Below are positions 39,115-48,781 of a stretch of 64,000 nucleotides of DNA, one piece after another. The stretch covers positions 68,800 through 132,799 of the forward strand of contig DASCPX010000040.1 of NCBI GenBank assembly GCA_036012755.1, in the 5' to 3' direction. This DNA is from Myxococcota bacterium (lineage in GTDB: Bacteria > Myxococcota_A > UBA796 > CAJQPC01). Every line of letters begins with the position of its first letter. Within the stretch, counting starts at the first letter, position 1. The translations under genes and the position numbers were made by a program. Below the pieces are notes generated by a model. The model was given only the letters and a program-made list of their open reading frames with translations, was not told the origin of the DNA and ran no database searches.

Positions 39115-40404
39115 ATGTGGTGGCTTCTTGCCTGCACGAGCGAGCCGCCCCCGGCCTTGTCTCGCCCGGATGTGCTGCTCGTGGTGCTGGACACGGTCCG
39201 CGCGGACCACCTCGCGACCTATGGCTACGAGCGCGACACGAGCTACCAGCTCGACGCGGTAGCCGCGGCGGGGGTGGTCTTCGAAGACGTCACGGTGAGC
39301 GGGACCTGGACCTGGCCCGGACACGCCGCCCTGTTCACGGGCGAGCCCCCCTGGATCACCGGCGCCCACTACGTCGACGTCGACGCGGAGGTGCCCGTTC
39401 AGCGCATGCGGACTGACCTCCCCACGCTCGCGGAGCGCTTCGCTGGCGCCGGGTACACGACGGTGTCCCACAGCACCAACCGCCTGCTCGATCCTGAGAT
39501 GGGCCTGGTCCGCGGCTTCCAGACCGCCGAGATCCACGAAACCGACGCTGAGACCGTGGCCGCCGCGACCGCGGCGATGCGGTCAGCCGAGGCGCCGCTC
39601 CTGCTCTTCGTGAACCTGCTCTCTGCGCACGCGCCCTACTTCGTCGTGGACGGCGTGCCCTGGTCGGGTCGGCACCGCCAGGCTCTCGAGGGGGCCGAGG
39701 AGGGCACCACCCTGGGCACCATGCGTGTGGAGGCCCGCGGCGAGGTGGGGCTCGACCCCGGTCAGCACTGCGAGGGCTTCCGCTGCGACCTCAAGTGGAC
39801 CGCCGGAAACTGGGAGATCCGCCCGGAAGAGCTGGCGATGATCGCCGATCTCTACGACGGCAACCTCGTACAGGTCGACCACGCGCTGAAGACGCTGATC
39901 GGGGCCTGGGACAAGGGCGGCGTCGTCGCGGTGACCAGCGACCACGGGGAGTTCCTGGGCGAGCACCGCATGCTGCAGCACCGCCTGGTCACCCTGCCCC
40001 CGGTTCTGGAGATCCCGCTGGTGGTCGTCGGCCCCGGGCTGGAGGCGGGAGGTCGGGTCTCGACCCCCGTGCAGCTCCTGGATCTCTACCCGACCCTGCT
40101 GGAGATGGCGGGCATCGCCGAGCCCGAGTGGAGCCTCTCCGACGCGGCCGCGGGAGTGCCCCGACCTGGTCGCATCGAGGCAGCGGCGTGGCCTGACCCG
40201 CGACTGGCTTCCGTGCCCTTCGTCGCGCAGCGCTGGGGCTATGTGCGGGAAGGCGAGCGGTGGGGCGCAGCCAGCGGCGGCCTGGTCGTGGGAGACGAGG
40301 GTCTGGCCGAAGAGGCCCGCGCGGTCGGCTCCAATGAGCTCGGCGGCGGAGGCCTGATGTCCGAGGAGCACCTCGAGCGCCTCCGAGCCCTCGGCTACCT
40401 CTAG
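39115..40404 (+). CDS. Sulfatase-like hydrolase (alkaline phosphatase superfamily), putative lipoprotein
   Basis: DVLLVVLDTVRADH, WTWPGHAALFTG, AHAPY, TSDHGE, RLRALGYL. Confidence 0.9.
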   Translation: MWWLLACTSEPPPALSRPDVLLVVLDTVRADHLATYGYERDTSYQLDAVAAAGVVFEDVTVSGTWTWPGHAALFTGEPPWITGAHYVDVDAEVPVQRMRTDLPTLAERFAGAGYTTVSHSTNRLLDPEMGLVRGFQTAEIHETDAETVAAATAAMRSAEAPLLLFVNLLSAHAPYFVVDGVPWSGRHRQALEGAEEGTTLGTMRVEARGEVGLDPGQHCEGFRCDLKWTAGNWEIRPEELAMIADLYDGNLVQVDHALKTLIGAWDKGGVVAVTSDHGEFLGEHRMLQHRLVTLPPVLEIPLVVVGPGLEAGGRVSTPVQLLDLYPTLLEMAGIAEPEWSLSDAAAGVPRPGRIEAAAWPDPRLASVPFVAQRWGYVREGERWGAASGGLVVGDEGLAEEARAVGSNELGGGGLMSEEHLERLRALGYL

Positions 40405-40426
40405 TGATGTCGCGCGCGACGGTCGA

Positions 40427-41113
40427 TCACTGGGTGACCACGACCGGGACCCCCAGGCCGAACTCGAAAGCGCTGTGGCTGCAGTCCGTGTCGTCGTTGT
40501 CGCCCGTGGCCACGAAGGTGAAGTCGTAGCGCTCGGAGTCGTGGGCGTGGAAGGACAGCCGGTCGACCAGGTCGCCCCCGAAGTCCATCTCCAGGGTGCC
40601 GGGGGTCTCCGGCGGGGGGATGTTGCAAGTGGAGTCGCCGTCGTCCTCGCCGAGACACCAGGTAGGGATGTCGCCGAACTCCAGCGTGGAGCCGACCACC
40701 GAGGCCCAGTCCCAGGTCGGCAGCCCCACGTCATCCTCTGGCAGGAGGTCCATCAGCGGCGCGTAGCTGGATGCGAGCACGACATCGCCGAAGAGGAAGA
40801 GGAAGTTGTCGTCGTACTCCATGTCCTGAGCCTGGCCGCCGTCGATCCCTTCGAAGTCGAACTCGAGGCCGCAGATCACGGCGCCCTCTGGGAGCTCGAG
40901 TTCCGTCCTGTCCTCGATGCGGGCGGTGAAGACCGCGTTCTCCTCGGGCAGGTTGTCGAAGGCCCCGAAGGAGCAGGGGCCCTCCTCCTCGGGGAACGAC
41001 ACGGTCAAGAGCAGGTCCTCTGGTGTCTCCGAGGCGCACAGCTCGGCGATGGCCTCTGGGCTGTCGAGTTGGAGCTCGACGGTGCCCTTGCAGGCAAGCG
41101 AAAGCAGGATCAT
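40427..41113 (-). CDS. Acidic putative lipoprotein of unknown function
   Basis: MILLSLA|C; GGAGG SD; Cys-containing acidic domain. Confidence 0.8.
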   Translation of the reverse strand: MILLSLACKGTVELQLDSPEAIAELCASETPEDLLLTVSFPEEEGPCSFGAFDNLPEENAVFTARIEDRTELELPEGAVICGLEFDFEGIDGGQAQDMEYDDNFLFLFGDVVLASSYAPLMDLLPEDDVGLPTWDWASVVGSTLEFGDIPTWCLGEDDGDSTCNIPPPETPGTLEMDFGGDLVDRLSFHAHDSERYDFTFVATGDNDDTDCSHSAFEFGLGVPVVVTQ

Positions 41114-41152
41114 GAGACCTCCGCCTTCCAGGCTCCCACATCCCTCCTGGGG

Positions 41153-43396
41153 TCAGTCAAGGGTGACGACCGCCTCCATGCGATTCATGGCCCGGTCCTT
41201 CGCGACCACGCGGACCTCATCGAAGAGTCCAGGCAGGACGATCTGGATCTCCTCCTGGTCCCGGCCGCGGAGATCGACGCGGTGCCGCAGCTCCGGGTGA
41301 CCGACGGGCTCCACCCACACGCTGCGGAGCGGCTCCTCGGGGCGCAGGGTGACGCGGGTCACGCCGCGGCCCTTCTCGATGACGACGTCGAGCTCGGGGG
41401 CCTCTGAGTCGATGACGAGGAGCTCGGTCCAGACCTCGGTCGTGCCATCGGGCATCGTGATGAAGGCGCGGATGAGGTACTCACCGTCTTCGATCTCGCG
41501 CGGCACGAGGAAGCGATGGAACCAGCGCTGGCGGCGCTCGTCCCACTCCATTTCGACCACGGGTCCCCAGGGGAACAGCGCGATGACCTCTTCGGCCTCT
41601 GCCGGCGCCTCGATGGTCAGGAGCGGATCGCCGGGGGGCATGTACACCCGCGACAGGGCGCCGGTGGCCTTGACGACGTCGACGCCAGCGGGGGCCTCGC
41701 TGGGCTGCACGAGGGTCTCGTAGCCGCCCTCGTTCCGAACGCGGTACTCGACCGCGACGAAGCTCGTGTACCGGGTCATCAGGCGGTAGGACAGGGCCGT
41801 CTCGACGATCTCGGCCTTCACGTCCTCGATCTCGCCGTGGACCTGCTCCTTCTCGAGGGAGCGGACGCGCTGGCGCGCCCAGGTGGAGGCGATGGCGGTG
41901 CCGTCGTCGACGGGCTTCAGGACCAGGGTCTCCTCGTAGCGCCGGTGTCCCTGGCGACCGCGTACCGTGACCTCGGAGAGCTCTCCCTCGTAGCGACCGA
42001 CGATGCGAAGGGGCTGACCGACGAAGAGATCCGGCACCCGCTCCGGGTAGACCCCTTCGACCTCGGCCCCGCCAAAGTCGAGCTCGATGTCGGTGAGCAC
42101 CGGGCGGGCGATGCGCTCGTAGAAGTCGTCGACCTTGCCGTCGGGGGACTCGTTCAACAGCACGTAGGTCACGCTGCCGCGGCCGAACTCGGACATCTGG
42201 TCGAGCAGGTAGCGGTTGACCGAGCTGCCGATGCCGAAGCTGAAGAGCCGGCTGGAGCCGAGCTTGTCCCCGATGGCGGCCAGGATCTGCGTCTCGTTGC
42301 CGATGTAGCCGTCGGTCATGAAGCAGACGATGCGCTGCCGATCCGGGTCATAGGGATAGTCGAGGCTCGCCTCGATGCCAGCGAGCATGTGGGTTCCGCC
42401 CATGCCAGCCATGGCGTCGACGTAGTCGTGGCCCCGCTCGATGTTCGCCTTCGTCGCAGGCAGCGGTGCCGGGGAGAGAGCGCTGGCCCCCTCGCTGAAG
42501 CGGATGACCTGGAAGGTGTCGCCAGGCAGCATGCCGTCGAGCGCCATGTGCATCGACTCCTTGGCCATGCCCATGGGCGTGCCGGACATCGAGCAGGAGT
42601 TGTCGACGACGAAGATCAGCTCCCTGGGCACGACATGCGAGTCGACCGGCGCCTGCTGCGGCTCGAGGGTGAGGGCGAAGTGGCCGTCCTGGGTCAGCAG
42701 GCTGGCGATGGGCTGGTCGCTCTCCGGATCGATGTTCAGGACGAAGTCCCTGTCGCCGTGGAGGTCGTCGAGAACGATCTCGGCGCCGGTGGGGGTCATG
42801 CCCACGGCGGGCTCGTGGGTGCTGCTCCAGATCTCCTCGACGGGCATGCCCATCTCGATACGGACGTCGATGTCGACCGTCGCGCCGGTGGGCGCGATCG
42901 CCGTCGGGCGGGTCACCTTCTCGGCGTCTTCGACCATGCCCGCCGGGGCGAAGCGTGGCCCGACCGTCAGCGGCAGGTCGAAGGTGTAGACACCCTCGTC
43001 ATAGGACAGCGGCTGCGTCATGTGCAGGCTGACGTGGATGTCCTCGCCCGGGGCGATGTTGGCGACCGACTGGGTGAAGAGGTTCGGCCGCTCCTGCTCG
43101 GTCAGCGCCGCGGTCTGGCCGCGCTCGCGGGCCTCCTCGTAGGTCTGGCGGGCCTGCTCGCGGGTCTGGATCTCACCCTTCACGACCCGGTCCCCCATGC
43201 GCATCGACATGTCATCGACCGCTGACTGCTGGTGGAGCGGGAAGCTGTAGATGGCCTCGATGAAGCCCTCGTTCGGATTGCTGAAGGTCTGCTCGACCGT
43301 GACCTCTGCGTAGGGACCGGTGATCAGGACCGTGTAGCGGGTCTCCTTCAGGGGGAGCTCGGAGGCGAGGGCGGTCGTGGTGAGGAAGAGAATCAT
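41153..43396 (-). CDS. VIT + von Willebrand factor A domain protein
   Basis: VTVEQTFSNP..EAIYSFPL (VIT); DNSCSM MIDAS motif, MTDGYIGNE, FGIGSSVNRYLL; extra C-terminal MPPGDP domain. Confidence 0.93.
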   Translation of the reverse strand: MILFLTTTALASELPLKETRYTVLITGPYAEVTVEQTFSNPNEGFIEAIYSFPLHQQSAVDDMSMRMGDRVVKGEIQTREQARQTYEEARERGQTAALTEQERPNLFTQSVANIAPGEDIHVSLHMTQPLSYDEGVYTFDLPLTVGPRFAPAGMVEDAEKVTRPTAIAPTGATVDIDVRIEMGMPVEEIWSSTHEPAVGMTPTGAEIVLDDLHGDRDFVLNIDPESDQPIASLLTQDGHFALTLEPQQAPVDSHVVPRELIFVVDNSCSMSGTPMGMAKESMHMALDGMLPGDTFQVIRFSEGASALSPAPLPATKANIERGHDYVDAMAGMGGTHMLAGIEASLDYPYDPDRQRIVCFMTDGYIGNETQILAAIGDKLGSSRLFSFGIGSSVNRYLLDQMSEFGRGSVTYVLLNESPDGKVDDFYERIARPVLTDIELDFGGAEVEGVYPERVPDLFVGQPLRIVGRYEGELSEVTVRGRQGHRRYEETLVLKPVDDGTAIASTWARQRVRSLEKEQVHGEIEDVKAEIVETALSYRLMTRYTSFVAVEYRVRNEGGYETLVQPSEAPAGVDVVKATGALSRVYMPPGDPLLTIEAPAEAEEVIALFPWGPVVEMEWDERRQRWFHRFLVPREIEDGEYLIRAFITMPDGTTEVWTELLVIDSEAPELDVVIEKGRGVTRVTLRPEEPLRSVWVEPVGHPELRHRVDLRGRDQEEIQIVLPGLFDEVRVVAKDRAMNRMEAVVTLD

Positions 43397-43496
43397 GCTG
43401 GTGCTCCTGTCTGGGACAGGGACCAGCGCAAGCGCCGTGCCTGGGTTTTCGGGACCTGGAGTGGCTCGGATCTACCGCCAGTAGATCCTCCGCGAC

Positions 43497-44773
43497 TCAG
43501 ATCGGCAGCTCGTTCGCGCCGACCTGCGTCTCTTTCAGCTCGAGCTCTTCGGTCCCCGCGTCGATGTCCACGTCCAGATCAACGCGCGCGTAGCACCAGG
43601 TGCCGTCCGTGCCCCGCACCCAGGGAATGAAGCGCGCCGTCATCTTCGCCCCTGGCCAGAAGGCCAGCCCGGGGCTGTCATAGAAGGCGATCCGGTCGCC
43701 GTAGTGGCTCTTGTTGCCGTACGGCTCCGTGTAGTGGTCGATCAGCCAGGTCCCGTCGAGGTCGGCACGTAGCCAGCACGCGCTCCCGTCCCAGTGGCCG
43801 GAGGCGGCGGTGCACGCCGGCTCGGTACCCAGGCTGGTCTCCGAGACACCATCGCCGTCGAGATCGAAGTCCGGTCCCTGTCGACCCGCGACGATCTGGC
43901 AGGTCCCGTCCTCCATCGTGTCGATGAAGACGCCCTCGACCAGACCCTCCGGGCACCCGTTCGGTCCGGGGGGAAAGGTCGAGCGGCTCTGGAAGTACTG
44001 CCCCTCGGCGCAGAGATCCGGGCTGCCATCGATCTCGAAGTGACTCTCGAAGGCGTAGCCGAAGAAGGCCGGAACGTCGGCCCACTCCGTGTCGACGCGG
44101 CCGGCGAGGACGGCCCGTTGACCGTACCGGGCCCTGCGAGCGTGTGGTCGGGCCAGTCGAGCCCTTCGGCGACGGCGTCCGGACCCCAGGCCACGGCCTC
44201 GTCGGGCAGGTCGTCCCCTCGGATGTCGACGCTCGTGCAGGTGCAGTAGTCGAGCTGGACGAGCTCGCCCTCGTCCTCTGGATCTTCTGGAGGTTCGTAT
44301 CGGTAGCGTCGGGTGCGAATGCCCTTGTTGTCGTCGCGAATGATGATCGTGACCGTCGTGGCAGTGTCGAAGTACCGCTCGAGGACCAGGCACCCCTCGC
44401 CGAGGTACATCGTCTCCAGCTCCAGCAAGGGCCAGTGGTCCACTTCGATCGCGACCTCGTCCGAGGTGACCTCGCCTTGCCCATCTTCCACGACCACTCG
44501 GATCTTCCAGCTGTCGGAGCCATCGGGCGTCCAGGGTGCGAACCACGCTCCACCTGACAGCAGGGGTCCAGCCTCGACCCAGCCGCTGCCATCGTTCACT
44601 TCGAGTCGGCCACCCAGGATCAGCGCTGGTGCACGCGAGCCGACGACGACACGCTCTCCAGAAGCCAGGTAGGTCCCATCCGCCGGGTAGGAGATGAAGG
44701 GCTCCACGCGCAGACACTGGACCGAATCGCAGTCCTCGACATCACCCCCGGTACAAGCGAGCAACAACAGCAC
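43497..44773 (-). pseudogene. Frameshifted putative lipoprotein gene (real mutation or assembly indel)
   Basis: The N-part (GTG)LLLLA|C...GPGTVNG is in one frame and the C-part AVLAGRVDTEW...ANELPI in another. Adding one G at the GGG run 44114-44116 gives a single 425-aa ORF. Confidence 0.7.
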
Positions 44774-44919
44774 CGCAGCCCCCTCACCGAGACAATGACA
44801 CGCTGTCCGACTCCAGGCGCTCCGGGGCGGCCGGATGACAGTTCGTCCGGGTACCGCTACCGCTGGAGCTGTCGTGGCCAGGCACACGACTTGCTCTGTG
44901 TGCGATAGAGGAGTGCCGC

Positions 44920-45927
44920 ATGTTCCTGTACCTGCTCGCCTGCCCCAAGCCGACGACCCTCGAGCCCCCGGTCTCGGAACAACGGCCCATCGTGCCTGCG
45001 CCGGTCGCGCCGATCTACACAGCCGCACCCGGAGTCCCAGCAGACCCGCTGGTTCGCTGGGCGCTGCCCGCCGCCGACGAGTCACTCTCCGGAGCGGCGG
45101 CGGCGCTGGCCTTCGTCCACGACGACCAGGGGAGCTTCGACGAAGCTGCCGCGCGCTGGGCGCTGATCCGGGCTGGTTGGCCCTACTCGTACGCGAGCGT
45201 CGAGATGCAGACCGTCGCAGCCGACGGGGTCCCCGAGGCGCTGGTCCAGACCGCGAAAGAGGTCCCCGACGGCGACCCGGTCGGCCTCGCGCGTGTCCGT
45301 GGAGATGACGGAGACACCTGGGTCCTGATCATCGGCGTGGTGAGCCAGGAGCTGCCACCCTTTGCTCGGGAGTCCGACATCGGCCAGGTGCTGGACCTGG
45401 GCCCGGCCCAGCGGAGCCTCGCTCCCTCCGGGAGGCTGCACGAGGGTCCGGTGGCCTTCGGGGAGCCCGGCGAGTGGCTCGTCGAGGTCGGCGACGTGCA
45501 GGTGCCTGTCTACGTCGGCGAGGAGACCCCGGAGGACGGTCCCTTCCTGCTGGTGGAGGCCGGACGGCCGAGCGAGGCCGAAGCCGTCGCGCGCACGACG
45601 GAGTCCCTCAACGTCCTGCGCGATCTGTTGGGTGCTGGCGACCTGGAGGTGGACCCGGTGCTGAACATCGTCGCTGGAGACGAGGCGGACCGCCGCGCCG
45701 CGGGGAGCCCCGGCGATGAGCGTGAGGGCACCATCCGCGGGGCTGGCTACGATGGAGCCGTCGGAGAGCTGGTGTGCACTGGTCGGACCGTGCAGGGATG
45801 CCTCGACAACCTGTTCTGGTCCATCGACGCGAGGCAGCATCTCGCAGACGGGGGCTATACACACGCCGGAATCGGCGCTCGCTGGACACCGGCGGGGCTC
45901 CTCATCGTGGTGGACCTTGCTGGCTAG
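44920..45927 (+). CDS. Putative lipoprotein with CAP/SCP-like C-terminal domain
   Basis: MFLYLLA|C; LNVLR..L..DPVLN..WSIDARQHL..THAGIG. Confidence 0.75.
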   Translation: MFLYLLACPKPTTLEPPVSEQRPIVPAPVAPIYTAAPGVPADPLVRWALPAADESLSGAAAALAFVHDDQGSFDEAAARWALIRAGWPYSYASVEMQTVAADGVPEALVQTAKEVPDGDPVGLARVRGDDGDTWVLIIGVVSQELPPFARESDIGQVLDLGPAQRSLAPSGRLHEGPVAFGEPGEWLVEVGDVQVPVYVGEETPEDGPFLLVEAGRPSEAEAVARTTESLNVLRDLLGAGDLEVDPVLNIVAGDEADRRAAGSPGDEREGTIRGAGYDGAVGELVCTGRTVQGCLDNLFWSIDARQHLADGGYTHAGIGARWTPAGLLIVVDLAG

Positions 45928-47092
45928 CCTCATCCTGTTGTCGTGCCGTCCGGAGATCGCACCGCTGCAGACCGACACGGACCTGGTCCGCTTCCGTCCG
46001 GTGCCCGTGCCCTCGAGCGAGACCGCGCGCACGATGACCGAGCGGGTCCCGGGGGCGACCTGGGACGCAGGCCTCGCCCGGGCTGTCGACCTGCTCGTGG
46101 CTCATGCGCAGGACCCCTCGGCGCGGATCCCGCCAGCGGCCCAGGCCGTCGCGCTGGCCCATGCCGGCTACCCGGGTCACGCCCAGTTCGGTCGGGAGCT
46201 CAACGGCGGCGCCTTCCCGGACGACCTCGTCGAGCAGGTCGTCCAGCTCGCGATTCAGCGCGATGTGCCCGTCGACGTCGCGCTGTCGAAGCGGGGCTAC
46301 GCGGACGGACGCAGCCTCTGGATCGCCGCGGTGGCGGCCCGCCCCGTCCTCGTGGACCCTCTCCCCCGGGACGTCGAGCTCGACGGCTCCCTGCCCGTCA
46401 CGGTCGAGGCGCTCTCGGGCGAGCCGGACATGATGCTCTACCTCGCCCCGCCGACGGGTCCGGTCGAACAGTGGCCGCTCACCAACCTCGTCGGGCGCTG
46501 GCTGGTCAGCTTCCACGTCCCTGGCGAGTATCGGGCAGAGGTCGTCGTCAACGACGGCACGCGCAGCGACGTGGTGCTCCTGTGGTCCTTCTTCGTCGAG
46601 TCCGAGCCGGCGGAGATGCAGCCACTGCCTCCCCTGTCGACCACACCCGAGAGTCCGATGCAAGCCGCGGACGCGCTCTATGGGGCGCTGGCCCAGCTAC
46701 GCGAGGAGGCTGGACTCGGAGATCTCGTGCGCTTCGAGGACTACGAGCCGCTGGCCCGCGAGCACGCCGCCTTCATGGCGCACTCGGGCATGGTCGGCCA
46801 CGTCATCCCCGGCTTGACGCAGGGGGTCGCCCACCAGGCGACGATGCGCTTCGTACCCCAGGCAACGCACCACGAGAACGTCGCCGCCGCCCTCACGTGG
46901 GAGGACGCCCACGACCTCGCGGTGCTGTCCCCCGGCCACCGCAAGAACCTCCTCTGCGAGAGTTGCACCCACGTGGCCATCGGCACGGCGCTGGAGCCGC
47001 CGCTGGACCGCGTACCGCGGCTGTTCGTGACCTGGGAGCTGCTCGAGTTCCCCAACGGATCGCCCAGGGAGCTCCAGGAGTACGACCACTGA
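45917..47092 (+). CDS. Putative lipoprotein with CAP/SCP domain
   Basis: TTG start MLASLILLS|C; AREHAAFM..HENVA..SPGHRKNLL..THVAIG. Confidence 0.85.
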   Translation: MLASLILLSCRPEIAPLQTDTDLVRFRPVPVPSSETARTMTERVPGATWDAGLARAVDLLVAHAQDPSARIPPAAQAVALAHAGYPGHAQFGRELNGGAFPDDLVEQVVQLAIQRDVPVDVALSKRGYADGRSLWIAAVAARPVLVDPLPRDVELDGSLPVTVEALSGEPDMMLYLAPPTGPVEQWPLTNLVGRWLVSFHVPGEYRAEVVVNDGTRSDVVLLWSFFVESEPAEMQPLPPLSTTPESPMQAADALYGALAQLREEAGLGDLVRFEDYEPLAREHAAFMAHSGMVGHVIPGLTQGVAHQATMRFVPQATHHENVAAALTWEDAHDLAVLSPGHRKNLLCESCTHVAIGTALEPPLDRVPRLFVTWELLEFPNGSPRELQEYDH

Positions 47093-48747
47093 AGCGCGCG
47101 ACGCTGGTCGTCATCGCCGGGCTCGTGGCGCTCCGCCCGCTGGCGTCGCTGGATGTCTGGTGGCACCTGTCGATGGGTCGTGGAGTCGTGGAGGCTGCTG
47201 GGCGCCGCTTTCCGGATCCGGTGGGTCCAGAGGGCCGGGAGTACGTCGATCCCGAGTGGCTCTACGACCTCCTCCTCTACGGCGTGCACGGCGTCGCGGG
47301 GGTGCCCGGGATCGTCTTGTTGACGGCCCTGCTGGCGGCGCTCTCGGCCCTGGCCATCGCGACGCTGTGCGACCAGCACGACAGCGAAGGCGGGCTGGTC
47401 CTCGCCGCGCTCGGTGTGGCCGGCACGACCTTCCACTTCACCGGCCGTCCGCAGGCGGCCTTCCTGGTGCTCCTGCCCCTGGTGATGTGGGCTGGAAAGA
47501 CCCGGAGGATGGGCCTCCTCGTCCTGGCGGGGCTGCTGTGGACCCAGTGTCACAGCTCGATGGTGCTCCTGCCCCTCGTCGCCGGGCTCTGTCTCTGGCC
47601 GCTGGACCGGCGGGGGTGGGTGACCGTCGCCGTGTGCGCGGCCCTTGTGCTGGTGGCAGGCCCCTTCGGGCTCGACGTCGTTCCCCAGGTCCTCGGACAC
47701 GCCGAGGTCGCGGGCATCGAGGACATGAGCCCGCTGCCCGCCGAGGGTTGGCTTCCCTGGGGCCTGCTGGAGCACCGTCGCTCGTTGTCACCGCTGATCC
47801 TGGAGATCCTGCTGCTCGGGGGCCTGGTCGGGGCGCTTCGGGCCCGGCGGGTGAACATCGCAGACGTGGGCCTGGCGCTGTTGGGGCTGGCGATGGCGCT
47901 GAGCGCTCGGCGCTTCATCCCAGCGGGCTGCGTGCTCGCCTTGCCCTTCGCTGCCCCGCTGTTGTCGAGCAGGCTCCCCCGGAGTTCGGGGCTGCTCGCC
48001 CTGGTCCTGCTCGCCGCCTATGGCAGCTGGCTGCGCCCACCGTCGCTGCGGCTCGACCCATCGAGCGTTCCCGTCGGCGCCGCCGAGGTCCTCGCCGGAC
48101 TCTCCCCTGGCCAGCTCTTCAACGACTACGACGTCGGCGGCTACCTTGGCTGGGCGACACCTCACCGGGTCTCGATCGACGGGCGCACGCCGACCCACTT
48201 CTCCGCCGAGGAGTTCCAGGCCGCGCTCGCGATCAGCGAGGATCCAGCTCGCTTCTTTGCGCTGGAGGCCGACTACGCCGGCGTGGTCGTCGACCGCCGC
48301 TCGCCCTTGTGTCGGGCCCTGTCGGCGTCTGCCGAGTGGGGCGGCGCCTGGAGTGGCGAGCAGGTCGCGGTGTTCCTGCCCGGAGCCGAGGACTCCTTCC
48401 CGGTCTGCGTCGGCGCCAACGAGATGCTGGCGGCGTGCCGAGAGGGCGACCTCGCAGGCCTGGAGCGCATGATCTCGGCGGCCCCGTCCAGCCATCACGC
48501 GCGGCGGCTGGCGGCGCTGCACCTCATCGAGTGCGGGGCGCGGGACCTGGATCGGGCCGAGGCCCTCTTGCTCGAGGCCGAAGCCATCCAGCCAACTCAC
48601 GTAGAGAACAGCTGGGTTCGAGGCATGCTCGCCTTCCGTCGCGGGGACTTCGACGATGCCCTGTTCTGGCTGGACCGAGCGGGCGACCACCCCCCTTCGC
48701 AGCGGGCGCGCGAGGTCATCCGGAACCTCGTCGAGGGCGGCCCGTAG
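47089..48747 (+). CDS. Polytopic membrane protein, GT-C-like, with C-terminal TPR (possible CTG start)
   Basis: DVWWHLSMGR, PEWL, RPQ, LWTQCH, FNDYDVGGYL, IDGR; many TM segments. Confidence 0.75.
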   Translation: MKRATLVVIAGLVALRPLASLDVWWHLSMGRGVVEAAGRRFPDPVGPEGREYVDPEWLYDLLLYGVHGVAGVPGIVLLTALLAALSALAIATLCDQHDSEGGLVLAALGVAGTTFHFTGRPQAAFLVLLPLVMWAGKTRRMGLLVLAGLLWTQCHSSMVLLPLVAGLCLWPLDRRGWVTVAVCAALVLVAGPFGLDVVPQVLGHAEVAGIEDMSPLPAEGWLPWGLLEHRRSLSPLILEILLLGGLVGALRARRVNIADVGLALLGLAMALSARRFIPAGCVLALPFAAPLLSSRLPRSSGLLALVLLAAYGSWLRPPSLRLDPSSVPVGAAEVLAGLSPGQLFNDYDVGGYLGWATPHRVSIDGRTPTHFSAEEFQAALAISEDPARFFALEADYAGVVVDRRSPLCRALSASAEWGGAWSGEQVAVFLPGAEDSFPVCVGANEMLAACREGDLAGLERMISAAPSSHHARRLAALHLIECGARDLDRAEALLLEAEAIQPTHVENSWVRGMLAFRRGDFDDALFWLDRAGDHPPSQRAREVIRNLVEGGP

Positions 48748-48781
48748 CAGGCCGCGGGGGCACTGACTACAGTGCGCGTCC

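Noticed and set aside
43468..43488. GGATCTAC-N5-GTAGATCC inverted repeat
   Set aside because: The repeat is real but short, has no U-tract and no second copy seen; I cannot assign it as terminator or operator.
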